A stretch of DNA of 63,991 nt, filler included, from an uncultured bacterium (GTDB lineage: Bacteria > CAZSTA01), in assembly GCA_964609495.1 (NCBI GenBank). It is 4 parts of 4 records of this genome, joined end to end, with 100 filler letters (N's around TTAATTAATTAA, not from the genome) between each part and the next. Parts side by side here need not be neighbours in the genome. Positions count along the whole stretch, not along the records: positions 1 to 18,271 come from CAZSTA010000058.1; 3 more parts are not named here. One strand, given 5' to 3'. The position numbers and the translations under genes are program-made. Below are positions 1-10,450 of the stretch, piece by piece. Within the stretch, counting starts at the first letter, position 1; each line of letters begins with the position of its first letter. Below the pieces are notes generated by a model, which had not been told where the DNA came from, did not search any database, and saw only the letters and a list, made by a program, of their open reading frames with translations.

Positions 1-100
1 GGGTAATTTTGACAAGATAAAAGATTTTTGTTAGAATTAGGGAAAATACGAGATAATAAATATTATGTCAAGTTAAATAATTGAGATATGGTTAATAAGT

Positions 101-138
101 AAAAAAGAGCCTTTCCATTGAAGAAATGGAAAAGCTCT
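101..138 (-). terminator. Intrinsic terminator after the PD40 lipoprotein gene
   Basis: Inverted repeat GAGCcTTTCCATT/AATGGAAAaGCTC followed by a T6 tract on the minus strand, 12 bp past the stop codon. Confidence 0.75.
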
Positions 139-149
139 AAACTTATATT

Positions 150-1466
150 CTATTCACTATGTATTTGTATATTCCCTCCTCCTAAAGTCCCGCCAGCAGA
201 GTAACCATCTGACAGAGAGATGTTAAAGATATCATTCTTTCCTGGCTCTCCATTATCTTCTACCTCAACTGTGAAGGTGTATCCTCCAACACCATCTATC
301 TTGCAATCTCCGGTAAAGGTTGCTTTGTTGTCAGTTATCACTAGCGAGCTCATCGTCTCACTCTTCACCTTCATCTTCGTTGAGTGATCGATATATGTCA
401 GATGTCCAGTAGTTGAGTCTCCACTAGATTTCACATTAAAACCGAAGTTTGCTTTCTTCTTGCCAAGCGGAATCCATCCTCCACCTGTAACAAAGCCAGC
501 TTCCTCTTCGGTAATATAAGGAGACCAAGCAGGGAATCTGTTCTCCGCACTGCCATCGAAGGTTAATCTAGTCTGATTCGTGCCATCGGCATTCATCACA
601 TAGATCTCGTAATTTCCCTCATAATTAGAAGCGAAAGCTACATATTTGCCATCAGGAGACCAAGCAGGATCTATGTTGCTTCCAGAATTGGAGGTTAATT
701 GGGTTTGGTTAGTGCCATCGGCATTCATCACATAGATCTCCTCATTTCCACCCCGTCTGGAGACAAAAGCGATTTTAGTGCCATCAGGAGACCAGGTGGG
801 ATGCCAACTCCTATTAGTTGTCAGTCTAACTACATTGCTCCCATCACTGTTCATCACATAGATATCGCTCATACTGATATTCCCACCAGGATCATGACGA
901 GCGGACTGGAAAGCGATCTTAGTACCATCAGGGGACACAGCAGGATAGGCCTCAACGACACTATTATTGGTTAATTGGGTTTGGTTAGAGCCATCGGCAT
1001 TCATCACATAGATCTCATAAGTACTGTGAGTGTCGGGAATAACGCTAGCCGCATAGGCGATCTTAGAGCCATCAGGGAAGCAATCAGGCGCCAATTCAAA
1101 CATATCTGGATTATTAGTTATGTTAGTCTTGTCAGTTCCATCAGTGTTCATTCTCCAGATCTCATAATCCCCGCTCCTATTACTAGCCCAAACAATATAC
1201 TTTCCATCTGGCAACCAAGCAGGAGATAAATCATCCCCAGGATCAGTGGTTAGCCTAGTTCTATTGCTCCCATCAGAGTCCATCACATAAATCTCACGGT
1301 TACTATCACGATCAGAGTTGAAAGCGATCTTACCTGTATAGCTACCAGCTTCAGGCGCTTGAAGAATCTCAGATGAGGGAGTAATGTCGATCTCATTACC
1401 ACAGCCAATAGCTACAAGCCCAATCACCAAGGACAGAACGAAAATCTTTACAGCATTTCTAAACAT
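150..1466 (-). CDS. Lipoprotein with TolB-like PD40 beta-propeller and C-terminal post-COAP-1-like domain
   Basis: Lipobox VAIGC; six EIYVMNADG...P.WSPDG.KIAF repeats; C-terminal GFVTGGGWI..KANFGFNVK...VEDNGEPG.ND.F.I...GGNIQIH; AAGGAGGT SD. Confidence 0.85.
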   Translation of the reverse strand: MFRNAVKIFVLSLVIGLVAIGCGNEIDITPSSEILQAPEAGSYTGKIAFNSDRDSNREIYVMDSDGSNRTRLTTDPGDDLSPAWLPDGKYIVWASNRSGDYEIWRMNTDGTDKTNITNNPDMFELAPDCFPDGSKIAYAASVIPDTHSTYEIYVMNADGSNQTQLTNNSVVEAYPAVSPDGTKIAFQSARHDPGGNISMSDIYVMNSDGSNVVRLTTNRSWHPTWSPDGTKIAFVSRRGGNEEIYVMNADGTNQTQLTSNSGSNIDPAWSPDGKYVAFASNYEGNYEIYVMNADGTNQTRLTFDGSAENRFPAWSPYITEEEAGFVTGGGWIPLGKKKANFGFNVKSSGDSTTGHLTYIDHSTKMKVKSETMSSLVITDNKATFTGDCKIDGVGGYTFTVEVEDNGEPGKNDIFNISLSDGYSAGGTLGGGNIQIHSE

Positions 1467-1799
1467 TTTAACTACCTCCTTTTAATTTTTCTTGGGAAAT
1501 CATAGGTCTGCTCTTACTTTAATTTTCTTATCCTTTGCAAAATCACCTCCCAAATACCAACCACATTGTAGTGACTGGTTTCACTATTAGCTCTCTATAG
1601 TCAAAGTGACAACTTAGACTATAGTTTCACTGCAATTAAAAATCATCGAACTTTTTTAGAATTTGTCCCGATTTTATAGGAGGAAGGACGAAAGTTATCT
1701 ACCTTGATATCTCTTGGAATCTACGGAGCTTATAGCGAGCGAAGTAGAGTTAGTCTCCTTAAACTCCCTAGCATCAAAATACAACTTGCCTCTCCTCTA

Positions 1800-1838
1800 T
1801 ATATTACAGAATAGAAAAAAGGAGAAAATCTTACATCG
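1800..1838 (-). promoter_or_regulatory. Putative ECF-sigma promoter, copy 1 (TGTAAG-N16-TATTCT)
   Basis: Same motif and 16-nt spacer occur four times around the ECF sigma locus; this copy points toward 150..1466. Confidence 0.6.
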
Positions 1839-2164
1839 AAAAATTATTTTTTTATAACTTTTTTTATTTCAAGTAGTTTCAATAGATCACAAAGTTAATA
1901 TTTTATTCACTGAAAAGGGGATTTATGGTTAAAAATTATCAGACTTTTCCGGAAGAGAAACTGTTTTATCTCTATTTCAGAGTAGATTATCAGGAAATGA
2001 GGCAAAAATTGTTGCTTTCCTTTTAAGCTTTAAATTATACAATTTTGGGATCTATTGAAATTGTCTTGAGCCTCAGCGGAAATAGAAGGAATTAAGCTGA
2101 TGATAATTGTCAGAATTATCACCAACAGCATTCTAATATCAAACAATCTCTTTAATCAAAAGAA

Positions 2165-2189
2165 TTCCCCGCAGCAGAGCTGCGGGGAA
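2165..2189. terminator. GC-rich hairpin downstream of the C13 peptidase gene (terminator or REP-like)
   Basis: Perfect 11-bp inverted repeat TTCCCCGCAGC-aga-GCTGCGGGGAA. Confidence 0.5.
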
Positions 2190-2225
2190 GTTCAATATTG
2201 GTGGGTCTGTCGTTGGGATTCAGGA

Positions 2226-4670
2226 CTAGGACATAGGTATAGATACCACATTTAGTAATTTCATCCACCAGATATCAGAGTAGTAATTATCACTGTGGGT
2301 AGTTACATAAGTAGATTTAGGAATGGCATAATTCCCTTCTGTATCCTTAGCATAGATGGTTACTTTGTATGTTCCCTCTTCAATGAGATTATCGTAAGTG
2401 CCAGTGTATCTTCCATCTCTATCAGGATCTTCCAACTGGATAATAGGTAAATCAATAATGGGATCTTCAGGAGGAGGTTCAACGTAAGAGGGATATTTAA
2501 TCACAGCCCAAACTGAAGCTACACCTTTATCGTCTGTAATATCAGCCCATATCTTGGCGATAGTCTTATTAATGAGATGCTGAGAGAAAGATATAGCTCC
2601 TATGAATGGTGAGTACTCCCTATAAGGACGAGTCCCCCAAGTTTTTCGAGAAGCTTTTATCCCATCACTTGCATTGCATATCCCATCTCCATTATCATCA
2701 AGTCGAGGAAGCTGATTGAGAGTGATCGCTTCCTTAGCATCAAGGTAAGAATTAAACAGAGTTTCACCAGAAACTACTCCTGAGAAGAACATATTGACAA
2801 ATATTTCCCCATCTTCCATATCAAAAGAGTCCTGATACCATTTGCAGCTGGCGATAACTATTCTTCCCTCCCTAGAGATACTATTATTCACTGAAGATAG
2901 GTATTTAGAAGGATTATCTACTATGAAACTTCCTGAGCGACAAGCTGAGATCACCACGGTTACATCATCACAGTTACTACTTGCTTCTAAACTACTCAGG
3001 TAGGAATCTAATTCTTCTACGGTAGTCGCATCTGCTGGCCCATTGGTATAGAACTCATCTACATCCCCATGATCTACTAAGATTAGATAGAAGGGGATAG
3101 CAGAATTGACTCTAGTTGAAGCCCAAGCTTCAATAGCAGATTTAAGATTAGAATCAGTTGCTAAAGCATCGATGTCATCACTGTAGTTACCATTACCATC
3201 AACATCCTGAATGAGCTTTGGATTAAGATAGAATATTCTTTCTCTAATATACCCTAGGTCTAGGAGAATATTGTAAATTCGATTAGCAGTAAGATTAGTA
3301 TTGCTAAACATAGAATCGGAGGTGTGGTGAGCTCCATTATGTCCGGCTGCGAGTATCACATAGCCAATATCTCTTGCTGGCTCTAAGAAGAAATCGAGAG
3401 GAGTTGCTTGTCTAGCTATCACCTTGATTGTCTTTGTCTGAGGGACATATTCAGATTCAAAAGCTTGAAGTGAATATGACCCTGCTTCCAAACCTGTGAT
3501 CTGATAATATCCATTTTCATCAGTCTGAACGCATAAGTCACCATACATACGGGTGGGCCCATAAGTAATGCAGACCCAAGCATCTCGAATAGGATTTCCA
3601 TTGATATCCTTGACGTATCCTTCGATGGAGCCAATTAACCCACTAGTGCTAGGTGACCAGCGAGCAACCACATTATCTATCGACCACTCAGGATCATCAG
3701 TCAACTGAACCGCATCGGTGACATGAATACCCACTCCCCTGTCATATCTTATGGTCATCACATAGATCTCGTGCTTCCATGAGTCCTCTACCGGCTCTCC
3801 AGAATCATAAGATATCTTTGCTCCATCCCCAGAATAAACACCTCCGTAGGGAGACCAAGCAGGCATCCTGTGCTCTATATTGTCCTCGAAAGTTAATCTA
3901 GTCTGATTCGTGCCATCGGGTTTGATCACATAGATCTGATACATATTATGGCTCGTCTCATGATAGGAAGCGAAAGCGATTAGATTATCAGGAGAAGGAG
4001 ACCAGGCAGGCCATATACTGCTTGAATTATTGTGGGTTAATTGAGTTTGGTTAGAGCCATCAGCATTCATCACCCAGATCTCCTCATACCCAGACCTTCT
4101 GGAGACGAAAGCGATCTTAGTTCCATCAGGAGACCAGGTGGGATTCGAATCAGTATCACTAGTAGTTGTCAGTCTAACTACATTACTTCCATCGATGTCC
4201 ATCACATAAATATCCCCTCGAGGATCATCACGATGGGAAAGGAAAGCGATCTTAGTTCCATCAGGAGAGACAGCAGGATGTGAATCCTTGACATTATTAT
4301 AGGTTAAACGGGTCTTGTTAGAGCCATCGGCATTCATCACATAGATCTCGAAAGTATTGGTGTCAATGATGGGGCCGGGACCACTAGTCGCTATATAGGC
4401 AATTTTAGAACCGTCAGGGAAATAAACAGCCTCACTATCGATCATATCCGAATAATTAGTTAGGTTAAACTTGTCAGTTCCATCAGCGTTCATCCTCCAG
4501 ATCTCAGCATCCATTAGTTGCTTTTTCTCATTAACCTCCATCCTAGTCCAAATAATCCACCCCTCCTCAGTTGAAGCGTATCCAGGCACAACAAACACTG
4601 TTAAAACCAGCACCACTATCGTGATTGTAACTGCGATATTTCTTGTTACTCTTTCGAATAAATTCTTCAT
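2226..4670 (-). CDS. Secreted PD40 beta-propeller + carboxypeptidase-regulatory-like domain + C13 (clan CD, caspase-fold) peptidase
   Basis: Signal peptide; PD40 repeats; GSIEGYVKD..G.PI.DA.V...TDENGYY.ITGL.AGSY; clan CD dyad LILVDHG (His) and VVISACRSGSF (Cys); Q.P.LDDNGDG. Confidence 0.8.
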   Translation of the reverse strand: MKNLFERVTRNIAVTITIVVLVLTVFVVPGYASTEEGWIIWTRMEVNEKKQLMDAEIWRMNADGTDKFNLTNYSDMIDSEAVYFPDGSKIAYIATSGPGPIIDTNTFEIYVMNADGSNKTRLTYNNVKDSHPAVSPDGTKIAFLSHRDDPRGDIYVMDIDGSNVVRLTTTSDTDSNPTWSPDGTKIAFVSRRSGYEEIWVMNADGSNQTQLTHNNSSSIWPAWSPSPDNLIAFASYHETSHNMYQIYVIKPDGTNQTRLTFEDNIEHRMPAWSPYGGVYSGDGAKISYDSGEPVEDSWKHEIYVMTIRYDRGVGIHVTDAVQLTDDPEWSIDNVVARWSPSTSGLIGSIEGYVKDINGNPIRDAWVCITYGPTRMYGDLCVQTDENGYYQITGLEAGSYSLQAFESEYVPQTKTIKVIARQATPLDFFLEPARDIGYVILAAGHNGAHHTSDSMFSNTNLTANRIYNILLDLGYIRERIFYLNPKLIQDVDGNGNYSDDIDALATDSNLKSAIEAWASTRVNSAIPFYLILVDHGDVDEFYTNGPADATTVEELDSYLSSLEASSNCDDVTVVISACRSGSFIVDNPSKYLSSVNNSISREGRIVIASCKWYQDSFDMEDGEIFVNMFFSGVVSGETLFNSYLDAKEAITLNQLPRLDDNGDGICNASDGIKASRKTWGTRPYREYSPFIGAISFSQHLINKTIAKIWADITDDKGVASVWAVIKYPSYVEPPPEDPIIDLPIIQLEDPDRDGRYTGTYDNLIEEGTYKVTIYAKDTEGNYAIPKSTYVTTHSDNYYSDIWWMKLLNVVSIPMS

Positions 4671-4768
4671 TTTAACCTCTCCTTTTTTCTTTTATGATCG
4701 ATCTTTCAATCTGCTTAAGATTTACAATATGTATAGCCCTGTACGTCGATAAAGCATTTGTTTGGAAA

Positions 4769-7700
4769 CTAAATATATCCTTCAACTTTTTTCTTCTCTC
4801 TTTCTGCTCCTAACCTCTCGAATATCTCCGAAGCATTCTTCAAATACTCATTAGCTTTCTCTTTTCTCCTCAGTTTCGAGAGGAGGATACCTGCTTCTAG
4901 ATATGTTCTTCCCAATTCATATTCGATCTTCTGAAGGCTCTCCAAACTTTCCTCAAAATGTTCTTCAGCTTTTCTATGTTCTCCCTTGAGTTGATAGAGC
5001 ATCCCCAGAGTTCTCTCCAGTCTCCCTCTATCTAAGAAGCTATCCTTATCCATAAGCTCTTCCACTTTCTGACAATATTCCTCCGCTCTCTCAAGATCAC
5101 CTAGTTCGAGATATACCTCTCCTAAACCTCGATAAGCCTCCGCTAATTTCGATGTTATTCCCTTATCCTGGGAGATCTGCTGGGCTTTAAAGTAGTTCTC
5201 CAGAGCTTTATCCAACGCTCCTTCATCACTATAAACTGTTCCCCAATTGAGATAGGATTCTATTATTGTATCAATATCCTCTATTCTTTCTCCTATCTGG
5301 AAGGCACTTTTGATGTATTCAATAGCTTTATCATCCTCTCCCTTTCCCCAATATAATAAAGCGAAGTTGTTATAGAGATTGCCAAGCAACCAGGGATCAT
5401 CTATCTGCTCCTCGCATATCTCCAAACATTTTCGGTAGTGACTCAAAGCTTCATCCCACTCCCCCTTACTCCAATAAGCTAATCCCAAGTTATTATGGGC
5501 ATGAGCTACTCTCCAGATATCATTTACTGCCTCTCTAGTCTCTAAGCAGTGAACATAATACTCGATCGCCTTACTCCAGTCTCCCTCATACCAATAAGCG
5601 ACCCCTAAGTTATTTGCGGCGATCGAGGCTCCTAAAACATCCCCAATCTCGTCTGATATCTCGAGACTCTTCTGGTGACTCTCTATCGCTAGCTTTCGCT
5701 CTCCCTTCGACCAATAAGGCCAACCTAGACGATTGTAAGCTCGAGCTTCCCCTATCCGATTCTCACTCTCGATACTGATCTGTAAGCTCCTCTTTTGATG
5801 CTCTATAGAAGCTTCCAAATCCCCTCTCTTCAAGTGAACTATCCCCAAGTCACTCTCTACAAGAGCTGTCTCAGAGGTATATCCCAATTGCTCGACTATA
5901 CTTAGATCCCGCATTAGATAGTCCACTGCCTTGTCATATTGACCCTTCTTCTCATAAATCCGACCGATACAGCCATATATCTCTGCGGCTATCTCATTAT
6001 CGAGATCATCCCCTAGATAGCTCAATGCCTTATCATATATCTTCAAGGCTTCCTCCCAATTGCCCTCTTCATCTAGGATATTGCCTAATCGTCGATAGAT
6101 TCCAGCGAGATCTCTATCCGTCTTGGCTAAAGTGAGAGCCTCCTCATAATCCCCTCTAGCAGAATCCCTATCCTCCTGAAATCTCTTGATATCACCTCTA
6201 GCCAAGAGAAGCTCTAACTTCTGCTTCTCATACTCAGTCTTATCTTCTATTTCAACGGTGAGTAACTGCTCAATACATCCTAGAGCCTTCATATAGGAGG
6301 ATATAGCTTCGGGATAGGAATAATACTTGAACGAATTATCTCCACTCATCTTCAAATAGATAACAGCCTTCGCTGGATTTCTACCGTTTAGAAAATGATA
6401 GCTTAACTCTCCTGCTCTCTCAGCTAATAATCGCTCCTGTCCCCGACAGATATTCTCCAAAGCCTCCCCTATGGCGCGATGATACAATATCTTCTGGGGA
6501 AGAGGCAAACTGTTATAAAGCACCTGTTGGGTATAAGTATGATGAAATCTATAATGAAAATCTAGAGAGAGAACACCCTCCGTCTCGAGCAGATGGATGA
6601 GTTGATAATCCTGCTCTAATTCACTTAATTTACTCAAAATACCCAACTCATCTGCCTTGAGAACAATTATCACCAGATTAGAGGTGAACTCGTTCCCGAT
6701 AACTGAAGCACACTCCAATATCCCTCGCTCCTCCCTCTTCAAAGGACTCAAGCACTCCTCGATGATCAAAGATATGCTCTCCGGAACGCTTATCTCCTCT
6801 ATCCTCTGTTTCAATCTCCAATATTCTTCCTCCTTCGCTATGCTCCCTCTTATACTGAGCAACCTAAGGGTCTCTATAATGAAGAAGGGATTACCATCAG
6901 TGAGTTGATGGAGGCGTTCGATAAAGGATCGCTCGCTCTCTAACCCCGGAAAATTCTGCTGGAGGATATCTACCATCTGTTTGGAGCCCAACCCTTTTAG
7001 CGATATCTCCGAAGAGTTAGGGAGACTCCCCAATTGTCGAAGTACTTTTGCCAAAAGGATTGAGGATTCAAGTTCCTCCTCCCGGTAGGTGCAGAGGAAC
7101 AACAAAGGAATATCCTGCGATAACTTATCAAGAAGGTAGGAGAGCAAATCGAGTGAAGTGGGATCAGCCCATTGAAGATCGTCACAGAACAGGACTAGAG
7201 GAGCATCTTTAGTCAACTCAACTACCCTCTGACTGAGATAAGAGAACATCTGATAACGTTGCTGTTCATAATCCTTTCCCCCTCCTCTTCCTTCAACCTG
7301 AAACTCTAGCTCGAATTGAGCTTGCCAGGTAGAGAATTCCCTCAGAGCCTCTCGAAAGAGAAATAGTAAGTCATTCCTGCTGATCTCGGTGCATCTCACC
7401 TTAGCCAAACGAAACTGAGGATGTTCTATCTCCAATTGAGAGAGGAATTGCTCTCCCAAAGCTGTCTTTCCAATTCCCCTCTCTCCAGAGATGAGGACAA
7501 TCTGACCTCTCCCCGCAAGTGTCTCCTTCATTTTTCGCCTCAGCAATTCGAATTCATCATCCCTACCAACTAAGCTTGGAGCTATCTCCACCTGAATCTG
7601 CTTTGTATAACTCTCAAGCTTATCTCCTCTCTCGTTCTCATAGGATATCAGGATAGACGGAAAAGTCACAGGCTCTTCACTATACACGATGGGGGTTAGT

Positions 7701-10450
7701 TCATAAGTTAATACCTTGAAGTTATGAGCTGGAATAGCTCCTCTCCAACTTATCTCCCCTCTACTGAATTCAAACCCCTTTGGAATACATACCTCAAGGG
7801 CTACTTCGAGTGCTTCTTCATTCCCTACATTTTCCATTCTTAATTCCACTTGGGAGGTAAGACCCATAATCATACGTCTGGGAGCCTCAAGTGATGCTAC
7901 TATAACCGGATCCGGTTCAACGCTTATCAGATTTATCTCTCTATGCACAAAGTCGAATTTATAATCTTGGCGAAGCTTATTCTCATAGAAGCTCCTCTCA
8001 CAGGAGACGATCATTTCACTATTAAGAAATCCCGCCTTTATCTCTCGCGTGCAAGGCCCTAGATAAAGGTGATCAACATTATTCAGTCCAGAGAAGAGGA
8101 GGAGAAACTTGTGATTTCGCAGTTGCCTCTCCAAAAATATCTCGGTGAAATTCATCCCTCCCGACTCTAGCGAGTATCTTATAAGCTCCAAAAGATTCTG
8201 CTCTCCATAAGCATCCAATTTAACTAGGATTGGAATAGGAGAGTTCTTTATACCACTGAGTAGCCTCCGTTGAGCATATTTCAAAGCTAAACATTTCAAG
8301 GCAGTATTCGTATCTACAGGGGCTCCCAATAGAACCATCCTTTTGCTCTCCTCCAGAGCTTCCTCAATTTCTTGTATCTCTGCTGAGGATATATCCTTAT
8401 CTAAAGGCGTCACAGTTACTTTTGTCCTTTCCAATCCAGAATAAATCTCTATAAGATGGGCTAGATAATCTCTATAGATATCGGGAAGAGCAATCTCGAT
8501 CGCTTCCTCCAGAGTCCTCACATATCTGATCTGGAAGGTGGAAAGACCTAGATACTTCTCCGGAATCTCTGGGGCGTTAGCATAAGGGATCACTACCACT
8601 TCTATCCCCATCTCATAAGCCACCTTTAGTTTAGCCGCAATTGAGCCTACCCTCGATATCCCCCCATCTTTTGCTACTACTCCTGTAAAAGCGAATTTGC
8701 GATCCACTGGTTCATTGTAGAAGTTGGAGATGAGTGCAATTGCTATCGTCAATCCTAGAGAATCCCCCTCATAACTGGGCTTTATGTCCTCTATCTGCCA
8801 AGATACATCATATTCCTTAGCCATTCCAAACCCCTCTTGCTCTAAGTGGAGATAAGCTGCTTCTATTGCATTCTCAACCGCTCTCTTCATAACTTCATCC
8901 TCGATCTTATTGCCAGCTCTTATCTCTCCCATACCTCTAGATACTGTAACTATAATGTCGCTTATATATCCCAGTCTAGTGCTGGGATCGACGAATAACC
9001 CCCTTGTTCTAAAACCTTTTCTCTCCTCCTCCCTAAACTCTCGAATTATCTCTAGCACCAGTCTACTTATCCTAGCAGTATTATAACCCTTAGCTTCCAG
9101 ATACTTAAAGTAAGTATTGAAAAAGACTTCCAGAGCCCTAAGGGAGGTAGAGATTGTGCTTCTCAAGTTTTCCAACTGATTTCGCTCTTCCTCAGTGAAA
9201 GGAGAGGCCTCAAGAACCGCGGGGAGGGAATCTATCTCAGTACTCTGGAGAATTGAATAAGCTCGCATAACCATCTTATGAATGCTATCTACAGTCTTGG
9301 AAGGATCAATAAGTCCTCTTACTGCCAGATGGAGATTATCTAGGACATTTTTCTGGATAGTTAACTTCTCCCGAAGCTCTTGCCACTTGCTCTCCTTCTC
9401 CTCCTTCAGATATCCCTTTAATATCTTAATACAGTTATCTAGAGTCTCTCTATCCCAGATCTCTGCTTTAGAGAGTATCTTAAATAGTTCTCTTCGGGCA
9501 GACCTTATCTCAGGAATTCTCTCGCTATCTTCGATCTTCCGCAGCAACCATCGAACTCTTCCCAGTTCCCGATTAAAGACTCTTATTCTCTTCTCGGCTG
9601 CTCTAAGTTCATATCCTATCTCTGCTTCCTCATATAGCCTCTCCTTAAGTTGGTATAGATCATTCCTCAGCATATATGCACTCTGGTATCGCTCTGCCAA
9701 CTTCTTGCTCATAGCCTTCAAGATGATCTTCTCTAAATCTTGGGGAATAGAGGGATTTAAATCGGTGGGCTTCCTTGGCTCCTCCTCGATATGGGCTATG
9801 ATAACGGCTATAAAATTGTCATAGTTAAAGGGAGGCTGTCCAGTTGAAAGCTCATAGATAACTACTCCGACTGAATAGAGATCACTGTGATGATCTACTT
9901 TCTCTCCTCGAGCTTGCTCTGATGACATATAAGCCGCTGTTCCCCTAATTTCTCCCGATTCTGTCAATTCAGGATTTCTCGTTCTAGCTAAACCAAAATC
10001 CATTACCTTAACTATTCCCTGCTCAGTCACCATAATATTATCAGGTTTTATATCCCGATGGATAATTCCTCTCTGATGGGCTTTATCTAACGCCTCGCAT
10101 ACTGCGATAGCTATATCTAATACCTGCTCTATAGGTAAAGGAGAGGTCTCCTCGAGCAACTCTCTTAATGTCTTTCCTTTCAGATACTCCATTGAGATAT
10201 AATATAGACTGTCTTCTCTATCTATATCGTAGATAGAGACTATATTGGGATGAGATAATTGAGCGATCGCTCCAGCCTCTAAATAGAAACGCTTGATATA
10301 GTTGGTATTACTGCTAAGGCTCTCTGATAACACCCTGATCGCTACCGTTCTCTCTAGCCTAGTATCATAAGCTTTGTAGACTGTGCCCATCTCTCCTTGT
10401 CCCAGCATTTCGATTATTTTATATCGTCCTCCCAAAACTTTTCCTATCAT
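4769..10450 (-). CDS. Multidomain NLR-like protein: Ser/Thr kinase-like + Lon (S16) protease + degenerate NACHT + Ig-like + STAND AAA ATPase + TPR array
   Basis: HRDIKPDN/DFG kinase motifs; EGDSLG...FTG...AAK Lon dyad (S564/K607); GERGIGKT Walker A (aa 989-996) and LFCDDLQWAD Walker B; TDGNPFFI; >10 TPRs; no TM segment seen. Confidence 0.85.
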   Translation of the reverse strand: MIGKVLGGRYKIIEMLGQGEMGTVYKAYDTRLERTVAIRVLSESLSSNTNYIKRFYLEAGAIAQLSHPNIVSIYDIDREDSLYYISMEYLKGKTLRELLEETSPLPIEQVLDIAIAVCEALDKAHQRGIIHRDIKPDNIMVTEQGIVKVMDFGLARTRNPELTESGEIRGTAAYMSSEQARGEKVDHHSDLYSVGVVIYELSTGQPPFNYDNFIAVIIAHIEEEPRKPTDLNPSIPQDLEKIILKAMSKKLAERYQSAYMLRNDLYQLKERLYEEAEIGYELRAAEKRIRVFNRELGRVRWLLRKIEDSERIPEIRSARRELFKILSKAEIWDRETLDNCIKILKGYLKEEKESKWQELREKLTIQKNVLDNLHLAVRGLIDPSKTVDSIHKMVMRAYSILQSTEIDSLPAVLEASPFTEEERNQLENLRSTISTSLRALEVFFNTYFKYLEAKGYNTARISRLVLEIIREFREEERKGFRTRGLFVDPSTRLGYISDIIVTVSRGMGEIRAGNKIEDEVMKRAVENAIEAAYLHLEQEGFGMAKEYDVSWQIEDIKPSYEGDSLGLTIAIALISNFYNEPVDRKFAFTGVVAKDGGISRVGSIAAKLKVAYEMGIEVVVIPYANAPEIPEKYLGLSTFQIRYVRTLEEAIEIALPDIYRDYLAHLIEIYSGLERTKVTVTPLDKDISSAEIQEIEEALEESKRMVLLGAPVDTNTALKCLALKYAQRRLLSGIKNSPIPILVKLDAYGEQNLLELIRYSLESGGMNFTEIFLERQLRNHKFLLLFSGLNNVDHLYLGPCTREIKAGFLNSEMIVSCERSFYENKLRQDYKFDFVHREINLISVEPDPVIVASLEAPRRMIMGLTSQVELRMENVGNEEALEVALEVCIPKGFEFSRGEISWRGAIPAHNFKVLTYELTPIVYSEEPVTFPSILISYENERGDKLESYTKQIQVEIAPSLVGRDDEFELLRRKMKETLAGRGQIVLISGERGIGKTALGEQFLSQLEIEHPQFRLAKVRCTEISRNDLLFLFREALREFSTWQAQFELEFQVEGRGGGKDYEQQRYQMFSYLSQRVVELTKDAPLVLFCDDLQWADPTSLDLLSYLLDKLSQDIPLLFLCTYREEELESSILLAKVLRQLGSLPNSSEISLKGLGSKQMVDILQQNFPGLESERSFIERLHQLTDGNPFFIIETLRLLSIRGSIAKEEEYWRLKQRIEEISVPESISLIIEECLSPLKREERGILECASVIGNEFTSNLVIIVLKADELGILSKLSELEQDYQLIHLLETEGVLSLDFHYRFHHTYTQQVLYNSLPLPQKILYHRAIGEALENICRGQERLLAERAGELSYHFLNGRNPAKAVIYLKMSGDNSFKYYSYPEAISSYMKALGCIEQLLTVEIEDKTEYEKQKLELLLARGDIKRFQEDRDSARGDYEEALTLAKTDRDLAGIYRRLGNILDEEGNWEEALKIYDKALSYLGDDLDNEIAAEIYGCIGRIYEKKGQYDKAVDYLMRDLSIVEQLGYTSETALVESDLGIVHLKRGDLEASIEHQKRSLQISIESENRIGEARAYNRLGWPYWSKGERKLAIESHQKSLEISDEIGDVLGASIAANNLGVAYWYEGDWSKAIEYYVHCLETREAVNDIWRVAHAHNNLGLAYWSKGEWDEALSHYRKCLEICEEQIDDPWLLGNLYNNFALLYWGKGEDDKAIEYIKSAFQIGERIEDIDTIIESYLNWGTVYSDEGALDKALENYFKAQQISQDKGITSKLAEAYRGLGEVYLELGDLERAEEYCQKVEELMDKDSFLDRGRLERTLGMLYQLKGEHRKAEEHFEESLESLQKIEYELGRTYLEAGILLSKLRRKEKANEYLKNASEIFERLGAEREKKKVEGYI

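Noticed and set aside
520-1330. Regularly spaced ~130-bp repeats that could suggest a CRISPR array
   Set aside because: They are coding PD40 blades; the intervening sequence is homologous and no cas genes are present
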